Assembly: GCA_036555455.1 (NCBI GenBank)
Contig: DATBLI010000095.1
Span: 84,687 to 148,686 of the forward strand
DNA length: 64,000 nucleotides
Source: Thermoplasmata archaeon
Lineage (GTDB): Archaea > Thermoplasmatota > Thermoplasmata > RBG-16-68-12
Reading direction: 5' to 3'
A program made the translations under genes and the position numbers. This document shows, piece after piece, positions 16,257 to 25,480 of the stretch; positions within the stretch are counted from its first letter, which is position 1; every line of letters starts with the position of its first letter. The notes below the pieces were generated by a model. That model made no database searches. It was not told the origin of the DNA and saw only the letters and a program-made list of their open reading frames with translations.

Positions 16257-17397
16257 TGAGGGTAACGAGGCCGATTGTCTGTTCGTTCAGGGCAACCACT
16301 TCGGCCGGAAGCGGCACATACACGAGGGCCGCGGAGTAATCCTGTCCATCATGGATCACCCACCACAGGAAGTCCACAAGGGCCTTCGCCTTCGTCTGGG
16401 TCATCGAGCTTCCCAACACATTCAGCTCGCGGTACACCAGCAAGTAGGTGAAGCTCGCGATCGGGTAGCTGTCAGCGCCCGGCGGGTTCACGATCGACAC
16501 GTTCCCCCAGTCTTCTTCCCCATGAGGCAGGGTTGGGGCCGCAGCGGCCGCGGCAGCAGCCGTGGAATCCAGCGTGGGCAGAACGAAGTTGCCCGCCTGG
16601 TTCTTCACCCTCGCGAAGGACATCTTCTGGATGGACGCATACGCGAGTTCGACGTAGCCGGCGGCATTCGCGTTGCCCGCGACGACGCCCGCGACCCCTT
16701 CATTTCCCTTCGCTCCGAGCCCGACGGGCCAGTTCACGGACTTGCCCTTCCCGGGACCATCGTGCCACGCCGTGCTTACCTTCGACAGGTAGTCCGTCCA
16801 GACGAAGGTCGTCCCGCTCCCATCGGACCGGTGGACGACGAAGATGTCCGCATCTGGCAGGTTCGTGGTTGGGTTGAGGTCAACGATTGCGGGATCGTTC
16901 CACTTCGTAATCGTTCCGAGGAAGATGTCTGCGATCACCGGACCGGTAAGGTTCAGACCCGTGGGCACGCCCGCCAGGTTATAGACGAAGGTCACGGCTC
17001 CAATCGTCTCGGGGATATGGAGGAGATTCGGCGCGGCCGCGCGTTCCGCAGGGGTCAGAGGTGCATCAGTAGCTCCGAAGTCCACCGTCTTCGCCGTGAT
17101 TTGCTGAATCCCGCCACCGCTTCCGATGCTCTGGTAGTTCACCTGCACGTTCGTCGCGTCATGATACGCGCTCGACCACTGAGCGATCAGTGGATATGGG
17201 AATGTCGCGCCTGCGCCCACCAACGTGATGCTCGTTCCCTGATTCTGGCTCGAGGCAGTGAACCAACCGCTCATGGCGCCATAGGCAAGGATAGCGCCTA
17301 CGAGGACCACCACCGCGACCACGATCCATAAGCTGCGTGACCGCGATCGCCGCGGAAGAGGTTCCCGCCGTTCAATCTTTTCTTCGGATGTCGCCAT
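16234..17397 (-). CDS. pstS: phosphate-binding protein PstS (membrane-anchored)
   Basis: N-terminal anchor 'LWIVVAVVVLVGAILAYGA', then 'GAGATFPYPL' and 'YQSIGSGGGIQQI'. Confidence 0.9.
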   Translation of the reverse strand: MATSEEKIERREPLPRRSRSRSLWIVVAVVVLVGAILAYGAMSGWFTASSQNQGTSITLVGAGATFPYPLIAQWSSAYHDATNVQVNYQSIGSGGGIQQITAKTVDFGATDAPLTPAERAAAPNLLHIPETIGAVTFVYNLAGVPTGLNLTGPVIADIFLGTITKWNDPAIVDLNPTTNLPDADIFVVHRSDGSGTTFVWTDYLSKVSTAWHDGPGKGKSVNWPVGLGAKGNEGVAGVVAGNANAAGYVELAYASIQKMSFARVKNQAGNFVLPTLDSTAAAAAAAAPTLPHGEEDWGNVSIVNPPGADSYPIASFTYLLVYRELNVLGSSMTQTKAKALVDFLWWVIHDGQDYSAALVYVPLPAEVVALNEQTIGLVTLNGQAQHT

Positions 17398-17522
17398 AGT
17401 CTCACAGATTCCTTCGTGCCTGTACGACTCCCTCGTACGTCATTCCGGCCGGACGGACGCAGCCCGGGCTCTATGTCGCTTCCCCCCATAGGCTCCGCTG
17501 AGTTCCGTTGTCACACGACGGT

Positions 17523-17560
17523 CTATATAGATTATCGGGAGAACGCTCATAGCTATATAG
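17523..17560. promoter_or_regulatory. two CTATATAG palindromic TATA-like boxes in the divergent pstS / AbrB-PhoU intergenic region
   Basis: CTATATAG at 17523..17530 and 17553..17560, 30 nt apart. The second is centred about 31 nt upstream of the ATG at 17588. Confidence 0.45.
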
Positions 17561-17587
17561 GCCATTGAAGTCCTCGAAGGTCCTCGT

Positions 17588-18595
17588 ATGGAAGGAAGGA
17601 AGCTGCAGCTCACCGGGGGATCGACCTACGTCGTCTCCCTCCCGAAGCGCTGGGTCCTCGCCGCAGGCCTGAAGGCGGGGGACACCGTCTTCCTCGACAC
17701 CGAACGGGACGGGGCCGTGACCGTCCGCCCGCGCCCTGCCGAGAAGCCGCCCGTCTTGAGGAAGGTCTTCGAGGAGAAGGCGGAAGAGCAGAGGGATCAC
17801 CTCCTTCGTAAGCTGATTGGCGCGTACATCACGGGCTACGGCCTCATCGAGATCCGCTTCCCCCCGGAGAAGGGTCCGTTCGTTCGGCACGTGGCTCGGG
17901 ACTTCTGCCGCATGGTCATCGGGCCAGAAATCATGGAGGAAACCCGGAACGCCTTGGTCCTGCAGGATCTTTCGGACCCGTCCGAGCTCAGCGCGGAGAA
18001 GGGTCTTCGACGGATGTACCTCACCGTCCGGGCCATGCTCGAGGATGCCGTGGCCGCCTTGAGGACCCAAGACGACGCCCTCGCCAAGGACGTCTCCCAA
18101 CGGGACCAAGACGTCGACCGTCTGTATTGGCTGGTCGCGAAGCAATACCACCTCTCCCACGCAGGCCCTCCGTCGGAACTCGAAGAGAAGGGCAAGGTGG
18201 GAATCCACAACCTACGCCTCGTAGCGAAGCTCCTCGAACGGATCGGGGACCATGCAGAACGGATCGCCCGCAGCCTTCCGGTGCTTGCGGTCAAGGGGCT
18301 CGACCCGAGGATCCTGAAAGAGATCGAGGCTGCACGGGACTCGGCCATCTCGATCCTGGACAAGTCCTTCAACGCATTGTTCGCCGAGGACATCGACGGG
18401 GCGAATGCCGCCTTGGACGCCCTGGGGAGCCACGAGAAGAAGATCGAGGGCCTCTCTCACCACGTCGCCACGAAGAAAGGAGAGGAACTCTTGGCCTTGG
18501 CCGCGGTCATCGACAGCCTCGATCGGGCCGCGAGCTACGCGGTGGACATCGCCGAGGTGGCCATCAACCACGCCGTCGCCCGCGGCTCTACCTGA
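17588..18595 (+). CDS. phosphate uptake regulator: N-terminal SpoVT/AbrB domain fused to PhoU repeats
   Basis: 'LQLTGGSTYVVSLPKRWVLAAGLKAGDTV' (AbrB-like) followed by PhoU-like 'LERIGDHAERIA' and 'LDRAASYAVDIAE'. Confidence 0.85.
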   Translation: MEGRKLQLTGGSTYVVSLPKRWVLAAGLKAGDTVFLDTERDGAVTVRPRPAEKPPVLRKVFEEKAEEQRDHLLRKLIGAYITGYGLIEIRFPPEKGPFVRHVARDFCRMVIGPEIMEETRNALVLQDLSDPSELSAEKGLRRMYLTVRAMLEDAVAALRTQDDALAKDVSQRDQDVDRLYWLVAKQYHLSHAGPPSELEEKGKVGIHNLRLVAKLLERIGDHAERIARSLPVLAVKGLDPRILKEIEAARDSAISILDKSFNALFAEDIDGANAALDALGSHEKKIEGLSHHVATKKGEELLALAAVIDSLDRAASYAVDIAEVAINHAVARGST

Positions 18596-18628
18596 CGATC
18601 GGCCGTACAGCACTCAGAAGGGCGGACG

Positions 18629-18664
18629 CTCCGGGGACCGGAGTCAATCTTTCCGTCCCCGGAG
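18629..18664 (+). terminator. perfect 10-bp inverted repeat hairpin downstream of the AbrB-PhoU gene
   Basis: CTCCGGGGAC (18629..18638) and GTCCCCGGAG (18655..18664) flank a 16-nt loop. No clear T-tract follows, so a terminator role is uncertain. Confidence 0.25.
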
Positions 18665-18814
18665 CTTCCTCGATGAGACCTATGGAGGACCCTACTTATC
18701 CGCTTCGCCGAAGTATCCTCCGTAGGGTACGAGGGGGAATATACCACCCCGGGGCGCAGTGCAGCAAACCGGGTCACCCGAGGACCTCATAGACCTACGG
18801 AGTTCCCGTGGGCA

Positions 18815-19204
18815 ATGGATAAGGCCGCTCGACGACGTCGCGCGCCTGCGATGACGCTCGAAACCCCTCAAGTCGGAACCCCGATCCCCACGGAAGTGGC
18901 ACGGCACTTCCTGCAGTCCCTTCACGATGGACGGCTCGTGGACGCGTTGGACACTTTCACTCCGGACGCATCCGTCTCCTACGAACCCGGCCCACCCCAG
19001 CGGGGATTCCGGCGAATCGCGGGATCCCTCCTGACCTACCGGAGCCCGGGCCGAATCGAGATTGCGGAGATTTCGGCGGTGGGAGAGCGCGTGAACGCCC
19101 TCGTGCGGTTGATGGGGCAACGGCAGAGGAGCTTCCGTCCATACCGTGTGCACCTTGAGGTGCAGGGCGGGCGGATTCGGTCCGCTGCCTTCCGGCACGC
19201 TTGA
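18815..19204 (+). CDS. hypothetical protein (possibly NTF2/SnoaL-like fold)
   Basis: 'ARHFLQSLHDGRLVDALDTFTPDASV...' resembles SnoaL-like N-termini. This is weak similarity only. An alternative ATG lies at 18851. Confidence 0.4.
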   Translation: MDKAARRRRAPAMTLETPQVGTPIPTEVARHFLQSLHDGRLVDALDTFTPDASVSYEPGPPQRGFRRIAGSLLTYRSPGRIEIAEISAVGERVNALVRLMGQRQRSFRPYRVHLEVQGGRIRSAAFRHA

Positions 19205-19364
19205 ACCCGTGGTCTCTCACCGACGGAACGCCTTGGGGCGGGCATGGGGAAGGCGTCAGGAATCCGAGTCCGGCCGAAAGAAACGATTCATCTGAAGGGA
19301 ATCGAGGTCACGAACCGCACAGGGAACTCGATCCTGGTCCGGACGACCCGGAGCGGGGTCGCGA

Positions 19365-20096
19365 TTACCGACTGCTGTCTCGAGGAACAGAGGAAGTAAC
19401 TGAGGGACGGGCGAGACCTCGACGGCCGCGGGGCCGGGCCCTTGCTTCTTGGAGGAAGTTCCTGAGTAATGCAGGTCCGTCCGGCGTAAGAATGGACTCC
19501 GGGTGGAATTGGACTCCCTCGATCGGGAAGTGACGATGCCGCACGGCCATGATCTCCCCGTCCTTCGAGGTCGCGCTCACCTCCAGCTCCGGCGGAATCG
19601 AGTCCCGCTCGATCGCGAGGCTATGATACCGCCCCACAAGGAGGGGATTGGGCAGTCCCTCGAAGATCGTTCGCCCATCGTGTCGGACGAGGCTCGCCTT
19701 CCCATGGAGGAGGGACGCGGCGTGGCCCACCCGCGCCCCGAAAGCCGCGCCGACGCCTTGGTGGCCGAGGCACACGCCCAACGTCGGGGTGTGCGGGCTC
19801 AACTCCCGGAGGACGTCGGCGCACACGCCGAAGTCGCGGGCCTTCGCAGGATGACCCGGACCCGGCGAGAGGACGATTGCGTCGGGCGCGAGCCGCACGA
19901 AATCCTCCACGGCGATCGCGTCGTTCCGCACGACGATCGGGTTGGCTCCCAACTCCCCAAGGCGCTGGTACAGGTTGTAGACGAAGGAGTCGTAGTTGTC
20001 GACGATGAGAACCTTCACGGGGTCGCGTCCCGGGACGGGGCGACCCCTAGGCCTCGGGGGGCGCCGACCCCCATCGTGATCTGCAATGTCCATCAT
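19365..20096 (-). CDS. trpG: type-1 glutamine amidotransferase, anthranilate/aminodeoxychorismate synthase component II
   Basis: 'VLIVDNYDSFVYNL', catalytic 'GVCLGHQ', 'GVQFHPES'. Start set at the internal ATG 20096. No trpE/pabB is adjacent. Confidence 0.88.
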   Translation of the reverse strand: MMDIADHDGGRRPPRPRGRPVPGRDPVKVLIVDNYDSFVYNLYQRLGELGANPIVVRNDAIAVEDFVRLAPDAIVLSPGPGHPAKARDFGVCADVLRELSPHTPTLGVCLGHQGVGAAFGARVGHAASLLHGKASLVRHDGRTIFEGLPNPLLVGRYHSLAIERDSIPPELEVSATSKDGEIMAVRHRHFPIEGVQFHPESILTPDGPALLRNFLQEARARPRGRRGLARPSVTSSVPRDSSR

Positions 20097-20258
20097 CGTC
20101 CGCCTTGCGGGTTCCGCCGGGGCGCGGCGGAGCGTGCTAGCATGCCGCCGCATTCTATAAAGGATAGCGAGCAAGGAGCTATCCGCCCTCGTCTGGGAGG
20201 AACAGCACATATTGTACGCACCGAGGAGTTTTCCCTGCCGCGCACCCTGTTGGCGTCA

Positions 20259-20711
20259 ATGGCCCGATACGTGAAGGTCCGGGACGCGATGTCCACGGAG
20301 GTCTTCGAAATCTCCGAGGACGCCACGCTCCAGGCCGCCTCGAAGCGCATGACGGATGCCCGCGTGAACAGCCTCGTCGTCCGCCCCGAGGGCCGGGAGG
20401 ACCCCTTCGGCATCATCACGTCGACGGACATCGTCGACGCGGTCGCCGATGGACTGGACCCGACCCTCGCCATGGTGCGGGACGTGGCCACGGCACCCCT
20501 GGTGACGGTGACGCCGGGAGTGCCCGTCGCGTACGCAGCACGCCTCATGAAGCGCGCGAACCTGCGCCACTTGGCCGTCTTCAACGGGAGGGAAGTCGTC
20601 GGGATCCTGAGCGGCTATGACATCGTGAAGGCCATCGGGCGCTGGGGGATCCTCGCCGCAACCTTGGAGGAAGGCGAGGAAGTCGAACTGACATCCGCGG
20701 TCTCCGACTAG
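20259..20711 (+). CDS. CBS-domain pair protein
   Basis: 'VRDAMSTEVFEI...VNSLVV' and 'VRDVATAPLVTV...RHLAVFNGREVVGILSGYDIV' form two CBS units. This is the only plausible part of the long ORF 19503..20711. Confidence 0.8.
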   Translation: MARYVKVRDAMSTEVFEISEDATLQAASKRMTDARVNSLVVRPEGREDPFGIITSTDIVDAVADGLDPTLAMVRDVATAPLVTVTPGVPVAYAARLMKRANLRHLAVFNGREVVGILSGYDIVKAIGRWGILAATLEEGEEVELTSAVSD

Positions 20712-20802
20712 GCGACGCGGATGGGAACGGGTGCGGCCTCGGAGGGCGAGCTCGAAGGCTTGCGGCCGTCTGCGGGGACAGCGAGGAAGGCCTCGCCGTC
20801 GC

Positions 20803-21876
20803 CTACAGGAACCCCCCCAGGAGCATCAGATCGAGGATCCCCATCGCTGCGACATTCTCGACCACGGGGACGGCCCGAGGCACGATGCATGAATCATGGC
20901 GGCCCCTGACGACGACCTCGGCCTCCTCCATCCTCAGGAGATCCACCGACTGCTGCGGCTTCGCGATGGACGCGGTCGGCTTGACGACGACACGGAAGGT
21001 GATGGGCATGCCACTCGCGATACCGCCGAGGACGCCTCCGGCGTGATTCGTGGATGTAACGACCTTGCCGTCCCGGAGGACGAAGGGGTCGTTGTGCTCG
21101 CTCCCGCGCATCGACGCGGCGCGGAAGCCCGCGCCGAACTCCACGCCCTTCACCGCGGGAATCGAAAGGAAGAGGTGGGCGAGGGTCGACTCCACGGAAT
21201 CGAAGAAGGGTTCGCCCACACCGACGGGGACGCCGGTAACGATGCCCTCGATGATGCCGCCAACGCTGTCCCCGTCCTTCCGGGCGGCCTCAATCGCTGC
21301 AACCATGCGGTCTGCAGCCTCGAGGTCCGCGCAGCGCACAGGTGTCCGTTCCACGTTCCCCTCGATCTCCTGCGGCGTCACCGGTCCCGCGACGATGCCG
21401 GCAATCTGCGCAGCGTGAGCGAAGAACCGAATTCCCATCCCCGCGAGGACTTGTCGGGCCACGGCGCCGGAGACCACGAGAGGTGCGGTCATGCGGCCAG
21501 AGAGCTGCCCACCACCTCGCAGGTCGCTCTTCCCTCCGTATTTCATCCGCGCCGTGAAGTCCCCATGACCAGGCCGCGGGACGCGCGCAACGTCCGCGTA
21601 GGACTTGGACAGAACGTCCGTGTTGCGGATGATCGCGACGATCGGCTCCCCTGTGGCCTCGCCGTCGCGGAGGCCGTGGGAGAACTCGACCTTGTCCTCC
21701 TCCATCCGCTGGCTCGTGATGGGGCTCTGACCTGGCCGGCGGCGGTCGAGCTGCGCCTGGACGACGGATTCGTCGATCCTCGTCCCCGCCCGGAGGCCTT
21801 CGATCGTGCAGCCCACGAAGGGGCCGTGGCTCGTCCCGAAGATCGTCGTGCGGTATCGGGCGCCGAAGGTGTTCAC
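20803..21876 (-). CDS. aroC: chorismate synthase
   Basis: 'NTFGARYRTTIFGTSHG', 'RRPGQSPITSQRMEEDKVE', 'RPGHGDFTARMKYG', 'GRMTAPLV'. The GTG start (21876..21874) forms a GTGA overlap with the aroA stop. Confidence 0.92.
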   Translation of the reverse strand: MNTFGARYRTTIFGTSHGPFVGCTIEGLRAGTRIDESVVQAQLDRRRPGQSPITSQRMEEDKVEFSHGLRDGEATGEPIVAIIRNTDVLSKSYADVARVPRPGHGDFTARMKYGGKSDLRGGGQLSGRMTAPLVVSGAVARQVLAGMGIRFFAHAAQIAGIVAGPVTPQEIEGNVERTPVRCADLEAADRMVAAIEAARKDGDSVGGIIEGIVTGVPVGVGEPFFDSVESTLAHLFLSIPAVKGVEFGAGFRAASMRGSEHNDPFVLRDGKVVTSTNHAGGVLGGIASGMPITFRVVVKPTASIAKPQQSVDLLRMEEAEVVVRGRHDSCIVPRAVPVVENVAAMGILDLMLLGGFL

Positions 21877-23144
21877 GATGTGACCTCCATGGACGCGCCG
21901 AGGCCGCGAAAGTCGTCGAGGAACGTGGGATACGAGACGCGGAAGCACCAAGGGTCCGTGATTTCCACCGCGTCTTCCGCGACGAGGCCTGCGACCGCCG
22001 CGGCCATGAGGATCCGGTGGTCTCCCCGGGAGTCCACAAAGGCGCCGCGGAGCCGCGAGGGCCCGCGCACAACACACCCGTCCGGGGCGGGGGTCACGTC
22101 CGCTCCCATGGCCTTGAGGAAGGCGGTCGTGGCTTCGATTCGATTGCTCTCCTTGAACCGCAGGTGCTCGCCGTTCACGAAGCGCGATACCCCCTTGGCC
22201 TGGGTCGCAAGGACGGCGAGGGCCGGGAACAGGTCCGGGATGTCGTTGACGTCGACCTCCTGGGCGACGAGCTCGCGGGATCCCAGGCGGACGCGGTCCT
22301 CGAAGACGTCCACCCGCGCCCCGAACTGCGAGAGGAGATCGAGGATGCGTCGGTCCCCTTGCGGTAGGGAGGAATCGAGGGCTTCGACGGTTACGTCGCC
22401 GCCGGAAATCGCTGCAGCGACGAGCGGGAACGCGGCGGAGGAAAAGTCTCCCGGGACCATGAAGTCCGTGGGCTCGAAGGATTGATTCCCGCGGACCTCG
22501 AACGCGGTTCCCTTCGCTTGAACCTGGATGCCGAAATGACGAAGCATCGCCAGGGTGATGGCCACGTAGGGCTCCGATCGAATCGGCGGCAAGACGCTGA
22601 GGACCGTCATGCCCGAGGCCATGGGAGCGGCGATCAGGAGGCTCGAGAGGAACTGGGAACTCATTGCGCCGGAAATCGCGACGGCCCCGCCGCGAAGGAT
22701 CCCACGGACCTCTACGGGCGGGCACCCGTCCCCGGCAAAGGAACGCGCGCGGGCTCCGAGGGCCTCCAAGCCCTCGAGGAGAGGGGCTATTGGGCGCTTG
22801 CGCAGAGTTGCGTCGCCTGTGAGGATCGTCGGTCCGCCCACGAGGGCCGCGGTGCCCGAAAGCAGACGCAGGGTGGTTCCGGAGTTGCCCGCATCGACTT
22901 CCGTGGAGGGCGTGCGGAGACCGCTGGAACGCACAAGGAGACCGTGAACATCGCGGCGAACGGCCGCGCCGAAGGCCTCGATCCCTGCCACGGTCGCCTC
23001 CGTATCCTCGCTCAACAACGGCCGCTGGACACGGGAGGGCCCCCCAGACAGGGCCGCCATGAGGATCGCTCGATGCGTGTAGCTCTTCGAGGGCGGCGCT
23101 TGCACGACTCCCTGGACCGTGGAAGGTGCGGACCGGAACCTCAT
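21873..23144 (-). CDS. aroA: 3-phosphoshikimate 1-carboxyvinyltransferase (EPSP synthase)
   Basis: 'PPSKSYTHRAI', 'AGNSGTTLRLL', 'LRFKESNRI'. The ATG at 23144 overlaps the aroK stop (ATGA). Confidence 0.92.
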   Translation of the reverse strand: MRFRSAPSTVQGVVQAPPSKSYTHRAILMAALSGGPSRVQRPLLSEDTEATVAGIEAFGAAVRRDVHGLLVRSSGLRTPSTEVDAGNSGTTLRLLSGTAALVGGPTILTGDATLRKRPIAPLLEGLEALGARARSFAGDGCPPVEVRGILRGGAVAISGAMSSQFLSSLLIAAPMASGMTVLSVLPPIRSEPYVAITLAMLRHFGIQVQAKGTAFEVRGNQSFEPTDFMVPGDFSSAAFPLVAAAISGGDVTVEALDSSLPQGDRRILDLLSQFGARVDVFEDRVRLGSRELVAQEVDVNDIPDLFPALAVLATQAKGVSRFVNGEHLRFKESNRIEATTAFLKAMGADVTPAPDGCVVRGPSRLRGAFVDSRGDHRILMAAAVAGLVAEDAVEITDPWCFRVSYPTFLDDFRGLGASMEVTS

Positions 23145-23998
23145 GCGATCGCCTCCATCGCGTTGACGGTGTTCAACGCCGCGACGCGGACTTCGCACTC
23201 CCCATCGTCCAAGGCGCGCACGATGGCATTGACATGGACGGACTTCGCGAGGGCGATGATGGCCGGCCCGGTGCCGGAGACGCCCGCGGCCACGGCCCCT
23301 GCGGCCCGCGCGCGGACGGCGGGCGTCTCGTCGATCCCGAAGAGAGGCGCATATGCCGCACTGTTCAGCTCGAGGGCACGGAAGTAGTCGCCCCGCAGGG
23401 CGAGCCGGTAGGCGTCCTCAACCTTCCCGCAAACGGACGTGAAGTCCTTGCCGGCGAGGCTGGCCTTCGTGATCGTCCTCCTCGGGATACGGACGACAGC
23501 CATGAGGCCCGCGGGAAAGCAGTCCACTTTCACGATCTTGCGAGCCTTGTTGTCAGTGAGGACAACGCCGCCGAAGAAGGAAGCGCATGCATCGTCGAAG
23601 GCGCCCGTGATGGTGACTCCCGCTCCGATGGCCGCCTCGACGCCCGTGTTGATGACTTCGAGCGGCGCGAGCTCCTGCCCGAGGGCGCGCGCGGAAGCGA
23701 GGACGACGGCATTCGCGACGGCCGAACTGCTCTTCAGTCCACGGGAGATCGGAATCTCCGAGTCCACGGTGACGTCGAGCCCGGCCTCGCGGCCGCTCCG
23801 ATCGAGGACGCGACGGGCGCATCCTTCCGCAAGGGCTGGGTCCACCCCGGGGGGAACGCCCACCACGACGCCCCGTCCACCGGGGCGTTCCGAGGCGATA
23901 GCGCTGGCCCTCAATGCGAGGCCGAAGGCTGCACCTCGGCCCGTCGCAATCGCGTTCACGATCGTCCCCGCGCCGAAGCAGGTCGCCCGAGCCGTCAT
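23141..23998 (-). CDS. aroK: archaeal GHMP-type shikimate kinase
   Basis: GHMP motif 'IPISRGLKSSSAVANA' and 'SGTGPAIIAL'. The ATG at 23998 overlaps the aroD-aroE stop (ATGA). The upstream part of ORF 23141..25228 is shadow sequence. Confidence 0.88.
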   Translation of the reverse strand: MTARATCFGAGTIVNAIATGRGAAFGLALRASAIASERPGGRGVVVGVPPGVDPALAEGCARRVLDRSGREAGLDVTVDSEIPISRGLKSSSAVANAVVLASARALGQELAPLEVINTGVEAAIGAGVTITGAFDDACASFFGGVVLTDNKARKIVKVDCFPAGLMAVVRIPRRTITKASLAGKDFTSVCGKVEDAYRLALRGDYFRALELNSAAYAPLFGIDETPAVRARAAGAVAAGVSGTGPAIIALAKSVHVNAIVRALDDGECEVRVAALNTVNAMEAIA

Positions 23999-25479
23999 CC
24001 GAGGACCTCCTGGGCGGCCCTGCGCATCGTCTCGAAAGCCGCCGGCCGGCCCATCCATAGCTCGAAGGATTTCGCGGCCTGATGGAGGAGCATCGAGAGG
24101 CCCGAGGCGCCCGGGATCCCAAGGCTCCTGGCGGCCTGAAGGAGCCCCGTCTCCGGCGGATTGTACACGACGTCGTACACGAACTTCGCCCGCCGGATGA
24201 TGTCCTCGGTGACCGGAGGCGACGTATCGATGCCCTTCGTGCCCACGGATGTCGCGTTCACGAGGAGGTCCCAGGGCCCGGAGGAGGCCAGGTCTTGCCT
24301 CTCGATCACATCCACCGGCCCTTCGAACGCGTCGACGAGCGCGTCGGCTCTCGCAGCCGTCCGGTTCGTCACGTCGACGGTCGCGCCTTCCCCGAGAAGG
24401 ACGTGGACCGTAGCCTTCGCTGCGCCGCCCGCCCCGAGGACGAGGGCGGTCCGCCCATCGAGGCGCAAGCCGAGTTCCTTCAGGGACATGCGGAAGCCGA
24501 ACACATCCGTGTTGTGCCCCTTCGACCTCCCGTCGTCGAAGACGACCGTGTTCACCGCTCCGAGGGACTCCGCATCGCCGCTGAGTTCGTCGAGAACGTC
24601 CGCGATGGCTCCCTTGTGGGGGCTCGTCACGTTGAAGCCACGGAGCCGCAGCCGGTCCGGGGCGTGAAGGAGGACGTCGATCCCGTGGGCGTCCGCGTCG
24701 AACGGGAGGTAGACGGCAGGGAGTCGGGCTTCCGCGAGTGCGGCTTCGAAGATCTCCGGGGAAATCGAGTGGCCGAGGGGATGGCCGACGATCCCGAGGA
24801 CGATGGGCGGGGTTCCCTTGAGTCGCGTCGCCGTCTCGAGGGACAGCTGGCCGGGGGCCACTGCGTGGGTCCCAATCGCGTACTGGATTTCCTGGCCGAC
24901 GGTTTCGGCGAGGACCCGGGTCAGCATACCCTCCTGGCCCATGCCGATGAGGACGAAGCGTCGGGATTGGAGACCCTGATTCCGCGCCAGTTCGACGAAC
25001 TCGGTCGCGTGCTCGACATCCGCCACGGGGGCGACGACCTTCCCCACGTCGCCGAGGCCCACGCATGCCTCGAGGGCGTCCGCGACGTCGGGGACCTCCA
25101 CGGGCCGATCGAAATGGTGGGACACAAGGATGTCCTGATGGTGCCGCGAGGCTGCCTTGATGTATCCATCGATGTCCTCCGCATCCGTCTCCATCTCCAC
25201 GTCGACGTAGCGGAAACCGAGTCGGCACATCTCCTGGAGGAGCACATGACGCGCAGGGGCCTCGGGTTCGCCAAGGCCGCCCTGGGCGGAGGATCGCAAC
25301 GTCGCGATGGCGCGAGGACCGATGGCGTGGGCGAGCCGCGGGAGGTCCTCCGGGCCAAGCTGAGCGATCGCATCGAGCCGCAGCTCGACGAGATCGGCGC
25401 CCCCACGAAGGGCGGCCTTCGCCCGCCGCTCTGTCTCTTCGATGCTCGTCGCGTCAATGACGGCGGCGACCTTCGTCAT
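23995..25479 (-). CDS. aroD-aroE: bifunctional 3-dehydroquinate dehydratase (type I) / shikimate 5-dehydrogenase
   Basis: The N-terminal half is AroD-like ('VAAVIDA...GADLVELRLD...ILVSHH'). The C-terminal half is AroE ('GHSISPEI', 'NVTSPHK', 'GAVNTVV', 'VLGAGGAAKA'). It is a single uninterrupted 494-aa frame. Confidence 0.88.
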   Translation of the reverse strand: MTKVAAVIDATSIEETERRAKAALRGGADLVELRLDAIAQLGPEDLPRLAHAIGPRAIATLRSSAQGGLGEPEAPARHVLLQEMCRLGFRYVDVEMETDAEDIDGYIKAASRHHQDILVSHHFDRPVEVPDVADALEACVGLGDVGKVVAPVADVEHATEFVELARNQGLQSRRFVLIGMGQEGMLTRVLAETVGQEIQYAIGTHAVAPGQLSLETATRLKGTPPIVLGIVGHPLGHSISPEIFEAALAEARLPAVYLPFDADAHGIDVLLHAPDRLRLRGFNVTSPHKGAIADVLDELSGDAESLGAVNTVVFDDGRSKGHNTDVFGFRMSLKELGLRLDGRTALVLGAGGAAKATVHVLLGEGATVDVTNRTAARADALVDAFEGPVDVIERQDLASSGPWDLLVNATSVGTKGIDTSPPVTEDIIRRAKFVYDVVYNPPETGLLQAARSLGIPGASGLSMLLHQAAKSFELWMGRPAAFETMRRAAQEVLG

Positions 25480-25480
25480 C

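Noticed and set aside
18629-18664. The 10-bp perfect hairpin as a structured ncRNA or riboswitch
   Set aside because: It is a single short stem with an unremarkable loop, directly after a stop codon. A transcript-end or stability element is the more likely reading, and even that lacks a T-tract.
19365-20096. Assigning the glutamine amidotransferase specifically to tryptophan biosynthesis
   Set aside because: No trpE or other trp genes are nearby. The sequence cannot distinguish TrpG from PabA by eye. The trpG symbol is therefore provisional.
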